From positions 1,178,001 through 1,242,000 of the forward strand of contig NC_043023.1 of NCBI RefSeq assembly GCF_006345805.1: 64,000 nt of DNA, in the 5' to 3' direction. Positions 24,290-37,809 of this stretch are shown in pieces (position 1 is the first letter of the stretch; each line of letters opens with the position of its first letter). Below the pieces are notes generated by a model. It was not told the origin of the DNA and ran no database searches. It saw only the letters and a list, made by a program, of their open reading frames with translations. The DNA is from Octopus sinensis. Taxonomy: Eukaryota. Position numbers and translations under genes: made by a program.

Positions 24290-24548
24290 TTCTGGCACCT
24301 GTGCCGTTGGCATGTGTAAAAAGTTTGAGCAAGGTCGTTGCCAGTACCACCTGACTGGCCCCCGTGCCGGTGGCACATAAAAGCACCCACTACACTCTCG
24401 GAGAGGTTGGCATTAGGAAGGGCATCCAGCTGTAGAAACTCTGCCTGATCAGATTGAAGCCTGGTACAGCCATCTGGTTCGCCAGCCCACAGTCAAACCG
24501 TCCAACCCATGCTAGCATGGAAAGCAGACATTAAATGACGATGACGAT
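24290..24548 (+). mobile_element. RTE-type 3' UTR (Ceph-domain-like) fragment
   Basis: AAAAGCACCCACTACACTCTCGGAG.GGTTGGCATTAGGAAGGGCATCCAGC through the (GAT/GAC)n tail. Confidence 0.75.
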
Positions 24549-24849
24549 ATATGTTGAAAACACTTAGAAAGAGGTGCTTTTCCCACTCACCAAAGTGAAT
24601 AGAGCTTTGGCCTGAGGGAATTGATGTCATTAGATGGTATCCAATGTTCATCAGGTGTTTCCACCCTAAAACGTAACACCCTCCCTTTGGTGGGTCAGCA
24701 CAGATGGCCAAATCACTGTTCCTCATCTACTCCTGGCTTCCAGCTTAACTCTTGCTCCAAAGCAAACAAGAGGATCATTCATCTGCCTCTCCCGTCCCGT
24801 GCACAGTTACCCTTCACTCCTCTACTCTCATTCCAATGGCAGTAAGCAT

Positions 24850-25030
24850 CCTCCATGCCGATTCAGCAAGGAAAAACCCTACAACCAAACTTGATTGAGA
24901 AAAACCATATCTGCCATCCATTTACCCTGCAATCCAGCAAAAGGTTCTCATATTTAGCACCCTTCAATAAATGGGCCTCATCACAAGGGAAATAAGTGTG
25001 TGAATCTGAGAGGGGAATATATTGAATAAA
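24850..25030 (-). mobile_element. HERO/NeSL-type non-LTR retrotransposon REL endonuclease relic
   Basis: Minus strand EAHLLKGAKYENLLLDCRVNGWQIWFFSIKFGCRVF resembles the EAHERK.AKY..L...C...GW.....IEVGCRGF C-terminal motif. Confidence 0.7.
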
Positions 25031-25109
25031 ATCATAATTAACTGATCCTCCTGTACTTTCTTTCACCCAAAAGCAGGAACTTTCAGCACCCCCTTCGGGG
25101 GGGGGGGGT

Positions 25110-25720
25110 GTAGGCAAAGTCATGGCTGCGTGGTAAGAAGGTTGCTTCCCAACCAAATAGTTCTGGGTTCAGTCCCACTGCGTGACACCTTGGGCAAGTG
25201 TCTTCTACTATAGTTTCAGGTCGACTAAAGCCTTGTGAGTGGATCTGGTAGATGGAAACCGAAAGAAAACCATCATGTGAATTTTTCTTTTTGTCCAAGT
25301 CAGACGCCATGATAGATCGTTAGCCACTGCACATATTTTTTTTATCTCCTTGTTTCTTTCTGTAGAAGAGCGTAGGCTCAAAACGTAAAAGACTTTTTCT
25401 ATTCCTGTGCGTTATACTAATACATCTGTTTGTTTTGTACACCACCTGTCTTCGTCTTTTGTTTTTTTTCGTAAACTCTCACTACATATATATATATGCA
25501 TATATTTGTGTTTCTGTGTTTGTCCCCCCACCATCATTTGACAACTGATCCTGGTGTGTTTATGTTCCCATAACTTAGTGGCTGAGCAAAAGAGACTGAT
25601 AACTACTAGGCTTAAAAAGAATAAGTGCTGGGGTTGATTTCTTCAACTAACACACCTTAAAGAAGTGCTCCAGCATGGCCGCAGTCAAATGACTGAAACA
25701 GGTAAAAGAATAAAAGAATA
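25110..25720 (+). mobile_element. SINE family A split by a Penelope-like fragment (25310-25485)
   Basis: Head half 25110-25280 and tail half 25500-25720 are collinear. Confidence 0.75.
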
Positions 25721-25724
25721 TATT

Positions 25725-25980
25725 ATCTGTTACTTCTTTCAGCCATTAGACTGTGGCCATGCTGGGGCACTGCCTTAAAGAGTGTTAGTCAAACACAGTG
25801 ATCCCAGTACTTATTTTTAAACCTGGTACTTATTTTATCGGTCTCTTCTGCTGAACCACAAAGTCATGGGGTTGCAAACACACCATCACCAGTTGTCAAG
25901 CGGTGGTGGTGGAACAAACACAGACAGAAAGACATACACATACATAGATACACATACATACATGTATATGTATATATATG

Positions 25981-26050
<70 letters not shown>

Positions 26051-26077
26051 CATACATACACGCATAAATATATACAC

Positions 26078-26112
<35 letters not shown>

Positions 26113-26275
26113 CATCTCAGGCTTCTTTCAGTTTCCGTCTACCAAATCCACTCACATGGCTTTGCTTAGCCCAAGTCTATAGCAGAAGACACTTGTCCAA
26201 GGTGCCACACATTGAGACTGAACCCGGAACCATGTGGTTGGTAAGCAGGCAACTTACCACACAGCCACTCCTGCG

Positions 26276-26280
<5 letters not shown>
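25725..26280 (-). mobile_element. SINE family A with expanded internal microsatellite
   Basis: Reverse complement of the consensus with ~190 bp of (CA)/(TA) in the middle. Confidence 0.8.
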
Positions 26281-26326
<46 letters not shown>

Positions 26327-27099
26327 TTTTCTTTAGCCCTTGTTTATAAGTTGTATGTATATAATATATATATATATATATTATACTATGACACCTTTGA
26401 CACACTGCCCCCCTTATTTCCCCTGGGCTATAATGTTTTCCAGAGGCTCTGAAGAAGCTAAACATCAGTGACATGGAAGCTCCTACCAACCAATTTTCAG
26501 AACCAAAAAAAAAAAATTTACACTCGATCTATACATATTGAGTGCTTCACAAATTAAACTTTGTATGACTTTATATATAAAACACACACCTTTACGTGGG
26601 AGGAGGTGTTAATGCAATGTGCAGAAGCAAGATGGTTGGATGTAGGTAAGCGATGGGTATGGAGGGGCATTTTACTCTTTCTCATTATACACCAGCACTA
26701 ACGAACTTTTCTACCCGCTTTTCGTTTTGACGAATCAATTAATTCTGAGCGCACCCTGTTTCGTTTAGGTTTTCTTGTTCTTTTTTATAAATTTTTTTTT
26801 TTGTTGGTTTTTGGTTTTATTTTGTTATTGTCAATATTGGAAATTCTGAAATGAAACAAAATCAATTTGGAAGATATTTATTAAAATTATTAACGAAGAT
26901 AAATGAGATTGAGAATCGTTTAAAACTGTTTACTTTAAACCTATAACACTGCCGAACGCTTTATTCTGTGTTGGTATCTTTCTAATGTCATTATGTGGTT
27001 ATATTTGCACAAAAGCAGTTTTAATGCATGTCGCCGTCACCGTTGTTGTTGACGTTGCCGTCGTCGTCATCATTATCATCACCGTCGTCATTGACATCG

Positions 27100-28290
27100 T
27101 TATCGTCACTGCCACTGTACCACCATCATCATCATCATCAGCACAGTCACGATCAACAAACACTATTGCTGCCAGTACCGCCACCATCCTCATTGTCTAC
27201 ACCACCGCCACCACCACCACCACCACCACCACCCCCACCACCATCATCACTACTACCACCACCACCACCCACCGCCACCACTACTGCCACCACTACCGCC
27301 ACCACTACCACTTTCCACCACCACCACCACTACCACCATCACCACTACCCACCACCCACCACCACCACCATCCCACCCCACCACCACCACCACAACCACC
27401 ATCACCCACCACCACCACCACCACCACCCACCACCACTACTGCCACCACTACCACCACCACTACTTCCACCACCACCACCACTACCACATCACCACTACC
27501 CCACCGCTACCCCACTACCGCCACCACCCCACCATCACCACCACCACCACCACCACAAACACCATCACCGCCACCACTACTGCCACCACTACCACCAACC
27601 ACTACTTCACCACCACACACTACCACCACACCACTACCCCACTACCGCCCCCGCCACCACTACCGCCACCACCACCACCACACCACCACCCCACCACCAA
27701 CAACCACATCACCACACCACCACCACCACACCACCACCACTACTGCCACCACTACCCACCACCACTACTTCCACCACCACCACCACTACCACCATCACCA
27801 CTACCGCCACCACTACCGCCACCACCACCACCATCACCACCACCACCACCACCACAAACACCATCACCGCCACCACTACTGCCACCACTACCACCACCAC
27901 TACTTCCACCACCACCACCACTACCACCATCACCACTACCGCCACCACTACCGCCACCACCACCACCATCACCACCACCACCACCACCACAACCACCATC
28001 ACCACCACCACCACCACCACCACCACCATGACCACTATCATTGCTGTTGTTTTCCTCATTGTCATCATCATCATCACCATTATCAACACAACCACTAGTG
28101 ACACTACAACTGCTGCCACCATCCTCATCACCACCACCACCACCGCTATCATAGCCAATGCATTCATTGTTGCCATTGTTCTTGTCATAGTCAGCACAAC
28201 CACTAACACTGCCATCACCACCATCACCACCATCACTACTATCATCGCTGCTTTCATCATCATCATCATCATCTCCTCATCAACAGTTTA
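27100..28290. repeat. (CAC)n-rich low-complexity array with higher-order blocks
   Basis: Visible in sequence; gives the Pro/His/Thr ORFs. Confidence 0.95.
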
Positions 28291-28309
28291 GGAGATTTTT
28301 GTCTTTAAT

Positions 28310-28347
<38 letters not shown>

Positions 28348-28489
28348 TATATAGATATACATATATATATATATACATATATATATTAACATTATATATA
28401 TATACATCATCATCGTTTGTTTAGCGTTCGCTTTCCATGCTAGCATGGGTTGGACAGGCATGGGTATATATCTTTTTTTATATAATTTT

Positions 28490-28786
28490 TGTTCCTTCTC
28501 GAGCCAGGCCTAGCTCATAAGGGCCGGTTTCCTAGTTTCCTTGGCATATAGGTCCCCCACCTGGATGGGACGCCGGTCCGTCGCAGGTGAGCTGCAAGAT
28601 GCAGGAGGAAAGAGTGAGAGAAAGTTGTGGCGAAAGAGTCAGCAGAAGTCCCCATTTTCTTCTGCCAGAGCCAGATGGAGCTTAGGTGTTTCGCTCATAA
28701 GCACACACATCACCCGGTCTGAGATTCGAGCCCGCGATCCCTCGACCACGAGTCTACTGCTCTAACCACTAGGCCATGTGCCTCCA
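28490..28786 (-). mobile_element. SINE family B (V-SINE-like)
   Basis: Reverse complement of 45083-45381. Confidence 0.85.
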
Positions 28787-28830
28787 CCATATATATATAT
28801 ATAATATATTATATATATATCTATATATAT

Positions 28831-29113
28831 AACAATTGCAGCGTAGAAGGTGTTTATAATCCATTTAAGAAACACACAAAAGCCGTTCGATTCACTCCAA
28901 CATTTAAGTTTAATTTGTCAAAATATTTTCGTCGCTAAAATCCGCGACCTGTTCACTGACAAAGTCCGAGATGCAGCACGGACTTTGTCAGTGCAGGTCG
29001 CGGATTTTAGCGACGAAAATATTTTGACAAATTAACTTAAATGTTGGAGTGAATCGAACGGCTTTTGTGTGTTTCTTAAATGGCTTATAAACACCTTCCA
29101 CGCTGCAATTGTT
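28831..29113. repeat. Near-perfect 283-bp palindrome (probable Penelope-type inversion)
   Basis: Arms 28831-28968 and 28979-29113, 10-nt spacer AGATGCAGCA; about 2 substitutions and 2 small indels between arms. Confidence 0.92.
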
Positions 29114-29174
29114 TTCGTTTCAGCACACACGATCTCAGATCAATTACTTGCTATGCGAGTACATCTCCGTATTT

Positions 29175-29220
<46 letters not shown>

Positions 29221-29489
29221 TTATTATATATATATATATATATATCAAGAGTCGACTCTGTCGGGCATGAATGAGCATGGGTGCACTTAAGAGGTTCCCC
29301 TCTGGGGTAGAAGTCTGGGCAGAAAGTCACCTCACCAGCAAACACATAACCTAGGGTTGTTCTTCTAGAGGACCAGCAGCCGCCCATGTATACAGCGTCC
29401 CCGCTCCATTCCACTGATGTTATCCAAGGGAAAGACAAAGGCCAAAAGAACTTGACACCAGTGACATTGCAACTCATTTCTAAAGTTGC

Positions 29490-29868
29490 AAAACTGTTTT
29501 TGGAGGGAAGCAGAATCATTCAGGATGATAATGCACCAATTCACACAGCTAAAGTTGTTACTGAATGGCACGAGGAACATTCTAGCGAAGTTGAACATCT
29601 TATCTGGCCACCACAGTCCCCAGACCTCAATATTATTGAACATTTATGGTACAATTTAGAAAAACAAGTAAGGAGTCGATATCCTCCACCATCATCACTA
29701 CAGGAACTGGAGACTGTTTTAGCTGAAGAATGGACAAAAATTCCTTTGGAAACAATCCATACCTCGCAGAATTCAAGATGTACTTACTGCCAAAGCCAGT
29801 CCTACCCCATATTAAACAAATTTGTTTGAAATTTTAAGATGTTTCCATTATTTTGTTCAACCCCTGTA
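29490..29868 (+). mobile_element. Tc1-family transposon 3' remnant with right TIR and TA site
   Basis: IQDDNAPIHTAK...WPPQSPDLNIIEHLW (second D and E region of DD34E); ends TGTTTCCATTATTTTGTTCAACCCCTG|TA. Confidence 0.92.
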
Positions 29869-29914
29869 CGTACATACATACATACATACATACATACATA
29901 CATACATGCATACA

Positions 29915-29948
<34 letters not shown>

Positions 29949-29992
29949 CATACCAAACATACATATAGATATATATATATATATATATATAT

Positions 29993-30200
29993 ATTTCTTT
30001 GCTACCCACAAGGGGCTAAACACAGAGGGGACAAAGTCGATTACATCAACCCCAGTGGAAAACTGGTACTTAATTTTATCGACCCCGAAAGGATGAAAGG
30101 CAAAGTCAACCTCGGCGGAATTTGAACTCAGAACGTAACGACAGACTAAATACTGCTAAGCATTTTGCCCGGCGCGCTAACGTTTCTGCCACCTCGCCTC
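29993..30200 (-). mobile_element. SINE family C (Meta-type)
   Basis: Reverse complement of the 51784-52011 type. Confidence 0.85.
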
Positions 30201-30209
30201 ATATATATA

Positions 30210-30450
30210 TATATATATGTGTGTGTCTGTCTGTGTGTGTATGTTTGTGTGTCTGTATTTGTCCCCCCAACATTGCTTGACAACTGATGCTGGTGTGTTT
30301 ACGTTCCCATAACCTAGCAGTTCGGCAAAAGAGACCGACAGAATAAGTACTAGGCTTACAAAGAATAAGTCCTGGAGGGGTCGATTTGCTCGACTAAAGG
30401 TGGTGCTCCAGTATGACCATAATCAAATGACTGAAACAAGTAAAAGAATG
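30210..30450 (+). mobile_element. SINE family A, 3' half
   Basis: From the internal (TG)n to the tail. Confidence 0.8.
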
Positions 30451-30699
30451 ATAGAATATATATATCTATGTGTATGTAGGTAGGTATGTACACATATGTG
30501 TGTGTGTGTGTGTGTGTGTGTGTATACATGCCTAAATGTCCTCCCACTGTAAAACATGTATTGCTGTGAGTAGTAGGAGGGGTAGCATGGTGGTGAGAGT
30601 AAATATTGTAGTTTCAGTATCAGATGTGGTGGTGGTGGTGGTTGTGTTGTGGTTGCGTAAAGTTGTTGTAGTTGGTGGTTCTCTAGCAATGGTGCTCAC

Positions 30700-31229
30700 A
30701 CAACGCATGCACATATGCAATCCATCATATATGCGCACACACCCACATACACTCACACAGACATACAACACCATACACACAAGCAAACCACTGTCACCCA
30801 CACCACCATACACACACACCACGCATGCAAATGTACACACATACATAAAGACATACATATATATACACATCAACACACACACACGAGTAATCAAACCTCA
30901 CAGTTCTATGCACACATATTAGGACATATACATAAATACATACATACATGTAAGGACACTGACACAGACGTACAAACACACACACACACATTCATACTAT
31001 CACAAAAATACGCACACACACACACACATCTATACACATATAGTGAACCACCATCTCACACACATACATATACACACGCAAGGACATACACACACACATA
31101 CATACACATAAAGTATACTCAAACACACATCTACACATATTCACACACGCGCGCACACACACACAAGTACGTGCACAAGCACACACACACACACTCACAA
31201 ACAAATAATACACATCTAGACACACAATG

Positions 31230-31276
<47 letters not shown>

Positions 31277-32030
31277 TAAAGGCCATCACACACACACACA
31301 CACGCACATGAATTTTAGATACACACACACACATGAAGACAATGTATATATGCACACACATCTACAAACAAATTATATACACACCCACACACACTCACTG
31401 ACACAATGTATACACACACACACCACACACAAAGTATACACATACATGCATCTCCATACACTCACAAACACAACGCATATGTGCACACACATCAACACAC
31501 ACACAATCACAAGGTATATATATACGCACAAATTATACACAAACACTCAAACACAATGGATACATGCACACACACCCACACACACAAATTATACACATAT
31601 ACCCATCCACACATACAAACACTATATATACACACACAGCACACACACAGAAATTATACACATACATACATCAAACACATACTCACAAACACTATATATA
31701 CACACACATACACACCCCAAACAAAAAATAAACACACGCAAACACACAAAATATCCACACACCCACACACACGCAAACTATACACATATATGCACAAACA
31801 CACACAATTACACATACGCACACACACACACACACAATTACACACATGCACACACACGCACACATAATTACACACATGCACACAATTACACACACGTACA
31901 CACAATTACACACACGCACACACACACAATTACATACACACAATTACACACACGCACACACACACAATTACACACACACACACAATTACACACACACACA
32001 CAATTACACACACACACACACACACAATGT
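30700..32030. repeat. Degenerate (CA)n field ending in a CACACAATTA minisatellite
   Basis: ACACAATTACAC block repeated 31800-32030. Confidence 0.9.
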
Positions 32031-32379
32031 ACAAAGAAACCTATGAAACAAGGAAACCAACCGAAACCTCATTACACCCCAGCCCCTCCCCCTGACTGAC
32101 CATAATGAGGGAGGCGGGATGGCTCCCCACCCCGTGTGCCACTCTAAATCCCCAGCCTGCCAGTTGTATATCCCTGTTTAAGCCCTGGATCTCATTGTTG
32201 GATCATTTATCAAACCATAATTAATGATCTTTGCTGTTTGACGATGACGAAGACAATGAAACAATGACGAGGACAAGGGAAACGGGGGTGGGGGAACGGC
32301 GAAGAGGAGGATGATGGCGAGGGTAGATACATAACAACACTACTGATAGGATGATGATGATGACGAGGGTTAGGAAGTA

Positions 32380-32675
32380 GGAGAAGAAAAAGAAGAATTG
32401 GATGAAGAAGAAGAATGAAGAAGAAGAAGAAGAGAAGAAGAATTGGAAGAAGAAGAAAAGAAGAAGAAGACAAGAAGAAGAAGAAAAGAAGAATGGGAAG
32501 AAGAAGAGAAGAAGAAGAAAAGAAGAAGAAGAAGAAAAGAAGAGAAAAAAAGAAGAATTGGAAGAAGAAGAAGAAGAATTGGAAGAAGAATGAAGAAGAA
32601 GAAGAATTGGAAGAAGAAGAAGAAGAAGAAGAAGAAGAAGAAGAAGAAGAGAAGAAGAATAAGAAGGAGGAGGAG
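32380..32675. repeat. (GAA)n polypurine tract with AAGAATTGG interruptions
   Basis: Visible in sequence. Confidence 0.95.
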
Positions 32676-33117
32676 AGGAGAATGACAACAACAACAACAA
32701 TGGCAACAGCAGAAATGGCAATAGCGATACTAACAGCAACGATGGCAATAAAGAGATGTTCACATGTGTTTGCATGTGGCACATGTATGTGCAGATGCAT
32801 ACATGTGAGGGTAGGTGTGAGGAGGAGGAAAGGGGGGAAGGAGGAGCCCTAGAAATGTAAATATGCTTCTGTCCATCTGTCTGTTTGCCAGTCTGTCTGT
32901 CTTCCTGTCTGTAGGTGTATCTGGTGAGGGTGAGAACGAAGGGAAGGTTTTTGGTAAGGAATGGCAGAGGCGTTTCTGGCTGAACCTTGGTCAATGTATT
33001 TTGCTAGAAATAACAGTCAAATCCAAGCACCAACTTCTTGCACATGTATTCTCACCCTTTCTGATTCCTTCATTATGTAACACAAAATTTCAGGAACACT
33101 TGGATATTTACAAGGAA

Positions 33118-33995
33118 TGAGGTGGTGTCAAAAAGTTCCCAGACTGGTTCTGTAGCATGCCAACAGATGGCAGCACACAGTTGCATGTGCAGTGAGTGTT
33201 AGCAGTGACCTTCATGAGGCAGTGTGTTGAGTGACAGCACTGTATTTACTTTGTAAGTTGTGAAATTTGTGCTTTTGGGATCTCATGTATGTTGTAGTCT
33301 GCGTTTTTGTCATGGACAGAATGTTGGAGCAAAGAGCCAATGTAAAATCTTGCATTCAACTTGAGAAGTCTGCAACAGAGACATTGAGCATACATTGGTA
33401 AACTTATAGCAGCAAGGCAAGAGTTGTACACAATGTTTCAAGTGACATGAGGGTTTCAAAAGTTAAGAACATCCCTGGAAGACAATAAGAGATCTTGAAG
33501 ACCTGCCATGAGTGTCACCCCCAGAAATGTGGTATTGTGCATCAAGAATTCTTACCCCAGAACTAGACTGTCAATCGAGTGTTCTGCTCTGTAGTTATGA
33601 AGCATAAAAGGGAGAACTTTTGACAGAAGTGACCGGATCTTTTGTACACAAAGAATTGGATTCTTTACCAAGCTCTCCTAATTTGTGATTTTCTTGCCAA
33701 AACATGGTATCGCTTCCCCATCCCTGGACCTCCATCTCTTCTCCAAGATGAAAATGTAGCCCAAAGGTCACCGTTTTAACAATGCTGTCGAGATCAAGAG
33801 TGAAGAGCAGATGGTCCTCGATTTGCTTAGAGAAAGCAACTTCAAGGCTGGATTCCAAAAGTGGCAGGAACATTAGGACTCAAGTATTGCTGTGCAAGGT
33901 GACTATTTCAAAGGAGATGATGCTAAAAGTTAGGCAAATAAATTATTTTTTCATTAAACATAACCAATTCAGGGACCTTTTGACATTACCTTGTA
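33118..33995 (+). mobile_element. Internally deleted mariner element with both TIRs
   Basis: Left TIR GAGGTGGTGTCAAAAAGTTCCCAGA, right TCAGGGACCTTTTGACATTACCTTG|TA; relic MLEQRANVKSCIQLEKSATETL (HTH) and FKAGFQKWQEH*...QGDYFKGD. Confidence 0.88.
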
Positions 33996-34029
33996 CCTTC
34001 CAATAACCTGTGTTTCTTATTATCAATAC

Positions 34030-34190
34030 AAAAAGTATGAAATCTGAGTTCAAATTCCTCCAAGGTCAACTTTGCATTTTGTCCTTTCAGGGTTGATAAA
34101 AGAGATACCAGTTGGAAACTGGGGTCGATGTAATTGACTTACAGCCTCCCTTGTAATTTGAAACTGATATAAAAATGTGCAATCAGTATT
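34030..34190 (+). mobile_element. SINE family C, degenerate
   Basis: TCTGAGTTCAAATTCC...GTCAACTTTGC.TTT.GTCCTTTCAGGGTTGATAAAA. Confidence 0.65.
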
Positions 34191-34379
34191 TCTTTGGTTT
34201 CTAGAAGACATTGATTTTCTACATGTTTATGAGTATACATGTGCGTGTGCGTGTATGAGGGTATGTGTATACATGTTTATGTATGTATACACACAGATCG
34301 TAATTCCAAGATTATGATATAACCTTCTTACAAAATGCATTCCAAGAGTAGAGTCAGCTGTTTTAAAGATATACGGAAA

Positions 34380-34855
34380 GTCTATATATTAATAAAATAT
34401 GTAGACACTCACACACATATATATGTACACATGTACATGCATGCATATATATATATATACGAACATACATGCACATGTAAAATATATAAACATAAGCTTA
34501 TTACATTTATATATGTATATGTTTATATCTTGATATATACCAATATTTCTATATATTTTTATACACACATGCATAGACATACATACATAAAGGTACAAGA
34601 CCATATATGTATATAAATATAAACATACATATAGATACTTATAGACATGCAGCATTATATATATATGTATATATGTATGTGTGTATATATATATATATAT
34701 ATACACACATATGTACACATGCATGTGTGTATATATATATGTACATATGCATGTGTGTATATATATATAATATATATATATATACATAAACAAGTAAATA
34801 TTCTCATCAAGTATATATGTATTTAAATATATATATGCTTGTGTATGTGTATATG

Positions 34856-34899
<44 letters not shown>

Positions 34900-34980
34900 G
34901 TTATAGATTATCATCATATATATATATATTTATAAATCTTTCACCGTATAAATATGAATATAATTACCATATATATGCAC

Positions 34981-35015
<35 letters not shown>

Positions 35016-35090
35016 AACCACACACACACAAACAAACACACACACATATGTATTTATATGCATACACGCACACATACACATATTGATTAG
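34380..35090. repeat. (TA)n/(CA)n microsatellite field
   Basis: Visible in sequence. Confidence 0.9.
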
Positions 35091-36111
35091 GTGATTGATG
35101 AATTGTGAATCTCAATGAAACTCAAATTGATAACGGAGGTAGGTAGACCACACAATACAATAAAACATACTCAATGCATAATATATACACACAAGAATCG
35201 ATATTCCTTTTATTAACGAGGCTAATACCTCACAACAGAAGCACGCTTATATCAATACACTAATGCATCTGATCAAAGGCAATAAAATGCATGGATAATA
35301 TAAAAAGGCAGCATTTATAAACGTATTAACACGGATATCAAACAATATTAAGGCAATATAAAGCGGAGAAGTTCACTTATTAGAAGAAACAATGGATGAC
35401 ATCTTAAGAAAAGGAAAGCAATAAAGGGGAAGGGGTGAAAGTGAAAGTGAAAGTAGAAACGAAAGGGTGGAAGGCTTAGAGGTGGGTAAACTGGGGGTGG
35501 TAAGGTGGAGAAGTGAATCGGATCCGTATTTGGTTGTGGGGGCTGGGATGGGATGGGGGGAAAGGAAAAAAAAAAAAGGAAAGGAAAAGGGGAAGGAAAG
35601 GAAAAGGGGGAGGAAAGGAAAGGGCCCGGTGTGGTTGCAGAATAAAGGAAATTCAAATATTTATGATTAACATCTTGTGATTGACAGCTATTTGGGAAAA
35701 CAACGATTGTTGGGATTAGGATTGAAGGGAACACTGAACAGCCATTGAAAGCTTATGTCTATAAGGTATATACACACACGTATGCATGTGTTTGTGTGTG
35801 TATATATATATATATATACACACACATATATATATATATATGGGTGTGTGTGTATTTGTGTATATGAATTTATATACATACATATACAGAGAGAGAGAAA
35901 GAGCAAGCAATAGAAATACATACATGTGAGTGTGTGTGTGTGTACATAAATACACACACACACATAAAATATCTTGATATCTTAATTTTTCGAGTCGATC
36001 AGATGGAGGAATGGCATTCATCTCCATTTTGAATGAAAACACACCAATACAGTGTTGGGCCCTCATTCTCATCGTTTGACATTTACGTATATATATATAT
36101 ATTATATATAT

Positions 36112-36495
36112 AGGTGTAAGTAGCTCGCTTATGAACCACATGGCTCTGGGTTCAGTCCCACTGCATGGCACCTTCGGCAAGTGTCTTCTACTATAGCCTC
36201 AGGCCAACCAAAGCCTTGTGAGTGGATTTGGTAGACGGAAACTGAAAGAAGCCCATCATATATATGTATATATATGTGTGTGTATATGTTTGTGTGTCTG
36301 TGTTTGTCCCTCCCCAACATCACTTGACAACTGATGGTGGTGTGTTTACATCCCCGTAACTTAGTGGTTCGGCAAAAGAGACCAATAGAATAAGTACTAG
36401 GCTTCCAAAGAAAAAGTCCTGGAGTCGATTTACTTGACTAAAGGTGGTGCTCCAGCATGGCCGCAGTCAAATGACTGAAACAAGTAAAAGAGAGT
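36112..36495 (+). mobile_element. SINE family A
   Basis: Collinear with the consensus. Confidence 0.88.
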
Positions 36496-37212
36496 ATGTG
36501 TATGCTGTAGTCTGTGGTTTTGTCATGGACAGGAGCAAAGAGCCAACATGAAATTTTACATTAAACTTGGGAAGTCTGCTACAGAGACATTGAGCATGCT
36601 TTGGCAAGCTTGTAGTGACAAAGCAATGGGTCACACACAATGCCTTGAGTAGCACAGGCACTTCAAAAGTGGAAGAACATCCTTGGAAAATAAAGAGCAA
36701 TCTAGAAGCCCTGCTATGAGCATTGCCCTTGGAAATGTGGTATTTTGCAATGAGAATTCCTCCCCCAAGGCCATCAGTTGAGAGTTCTACTGAGACACTT
36801 TGAAGTGTTTGATGGAGGAGATTGGCGAAAGTGACAGGATCTGTGGAGGGCAAAGAACTGGATTCTTCAGGACGACAATGCACCATCACTCAGTTCTCCT
36901 CACTTGCGAGTTTCACGTGAAAAAATATAGATTTGCTTCTGCATCCGCCCTATTTAACACATTTAGCACCTGTGGACTTCAATCTCTTCCAATATGACAA
37001 TGCATTCAAAAGTAACTGTTTTAGCACCATTGTTGATATCCAAAGTGAAACGCAAAAGGTCCTTGACTTGCTTACGGAAAACAACTTCCAGGCTGGATTC
37101 TAAAAGTGACAGGAATGCTTGAAATGGTGCACAAGGGACTTTGAAGGAATATTTATATTAAAACTTAGGTAAAAAAAGTTATTTTTTATTAAACATAACT
37201 AGTCTCCGGTGG
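36495..37212 (+). mobile_element. Second copy of the internally deleted mariner, 5'-truncated
   Basis: QRANMKFYIKLGKSATETLSML, WILQDDNAP and LLHPPYLTHLAPVDFNLF relics; aligns to 33290-33990. Confidence 0.88.
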
Positions 37213-37296
37213 CCTCTACCTTAGCAGAGTGGTGAAGTAGAGTGTGATGGGCCCTGAAATCTTTAGATCGAAACTATGGTTGGCTTGCATTCTTGA

Positions 37297-37712
37297 TAGG
37301 CGCAGGAGTGGCTGTGTGGTAAGTAGCTTGCTTACCAACCACATGGTTCCGGGTTCAGTCCCACTGCGAGGCATCTTGGGCAAGTGTCTTCTGCTATAGC
37401 CTCGGGCTGACCAAAGCTTTGTGAGCGGATTTGGTAGATGGAAACTGAAAGAAGCCCATCGTATATACGTATACATATATATGTATGTGTGTGTGTATAT
37501 GTTTGTGTGCCTGTGTTTGTCCCCCCAACATCGCTTGACAACCGATGCTGGTGTGTTTACGTCCCCATAACTTAGGGGTTCAGCAAAAGAGAGCAATTGA
37601 ATAAGTACTAGGCTTACAAAGAATAAGTCCTGGGGTAGATTTGCTTGACTAAAGGCAGTGCTCCAGCATGGCTACAGTCAAATGACTAAAACAAGTAAAA
37701 GAGTAAAAGAGT
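37297..37712 (+). mobile_element. SINE family A, full length
   Basis: Collinear with the consensus. Confidence 0.9.
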
Positions 37713-37809
37713 CTGGGAACCTTTTGATACCACCTGATAGAGGTGCCTGGAATCAGGACTAATGTGGGGCTAAATAACGACAATAAACAGGAGGGGTTTA
37801 AATATGCTT

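Noticed and set aside
26560-26650. Open stretch ending at a G|GTAAGC donor
   Set aside because: No acceptor or start codon downstream of the in-frame stop
26985-28098. 348-aa and 356-aa Pro/His/Thr-rich ORFs (extensin/mucin-like)
   Set aside because: Pure (CAC)n read-through, open in several frames on both strands, with no splice signals or domain
32210-32994. Poly-Leu/Phe/Ser and poly-Lys/Glu ORFs
   Set aside because: (GAA)n tract
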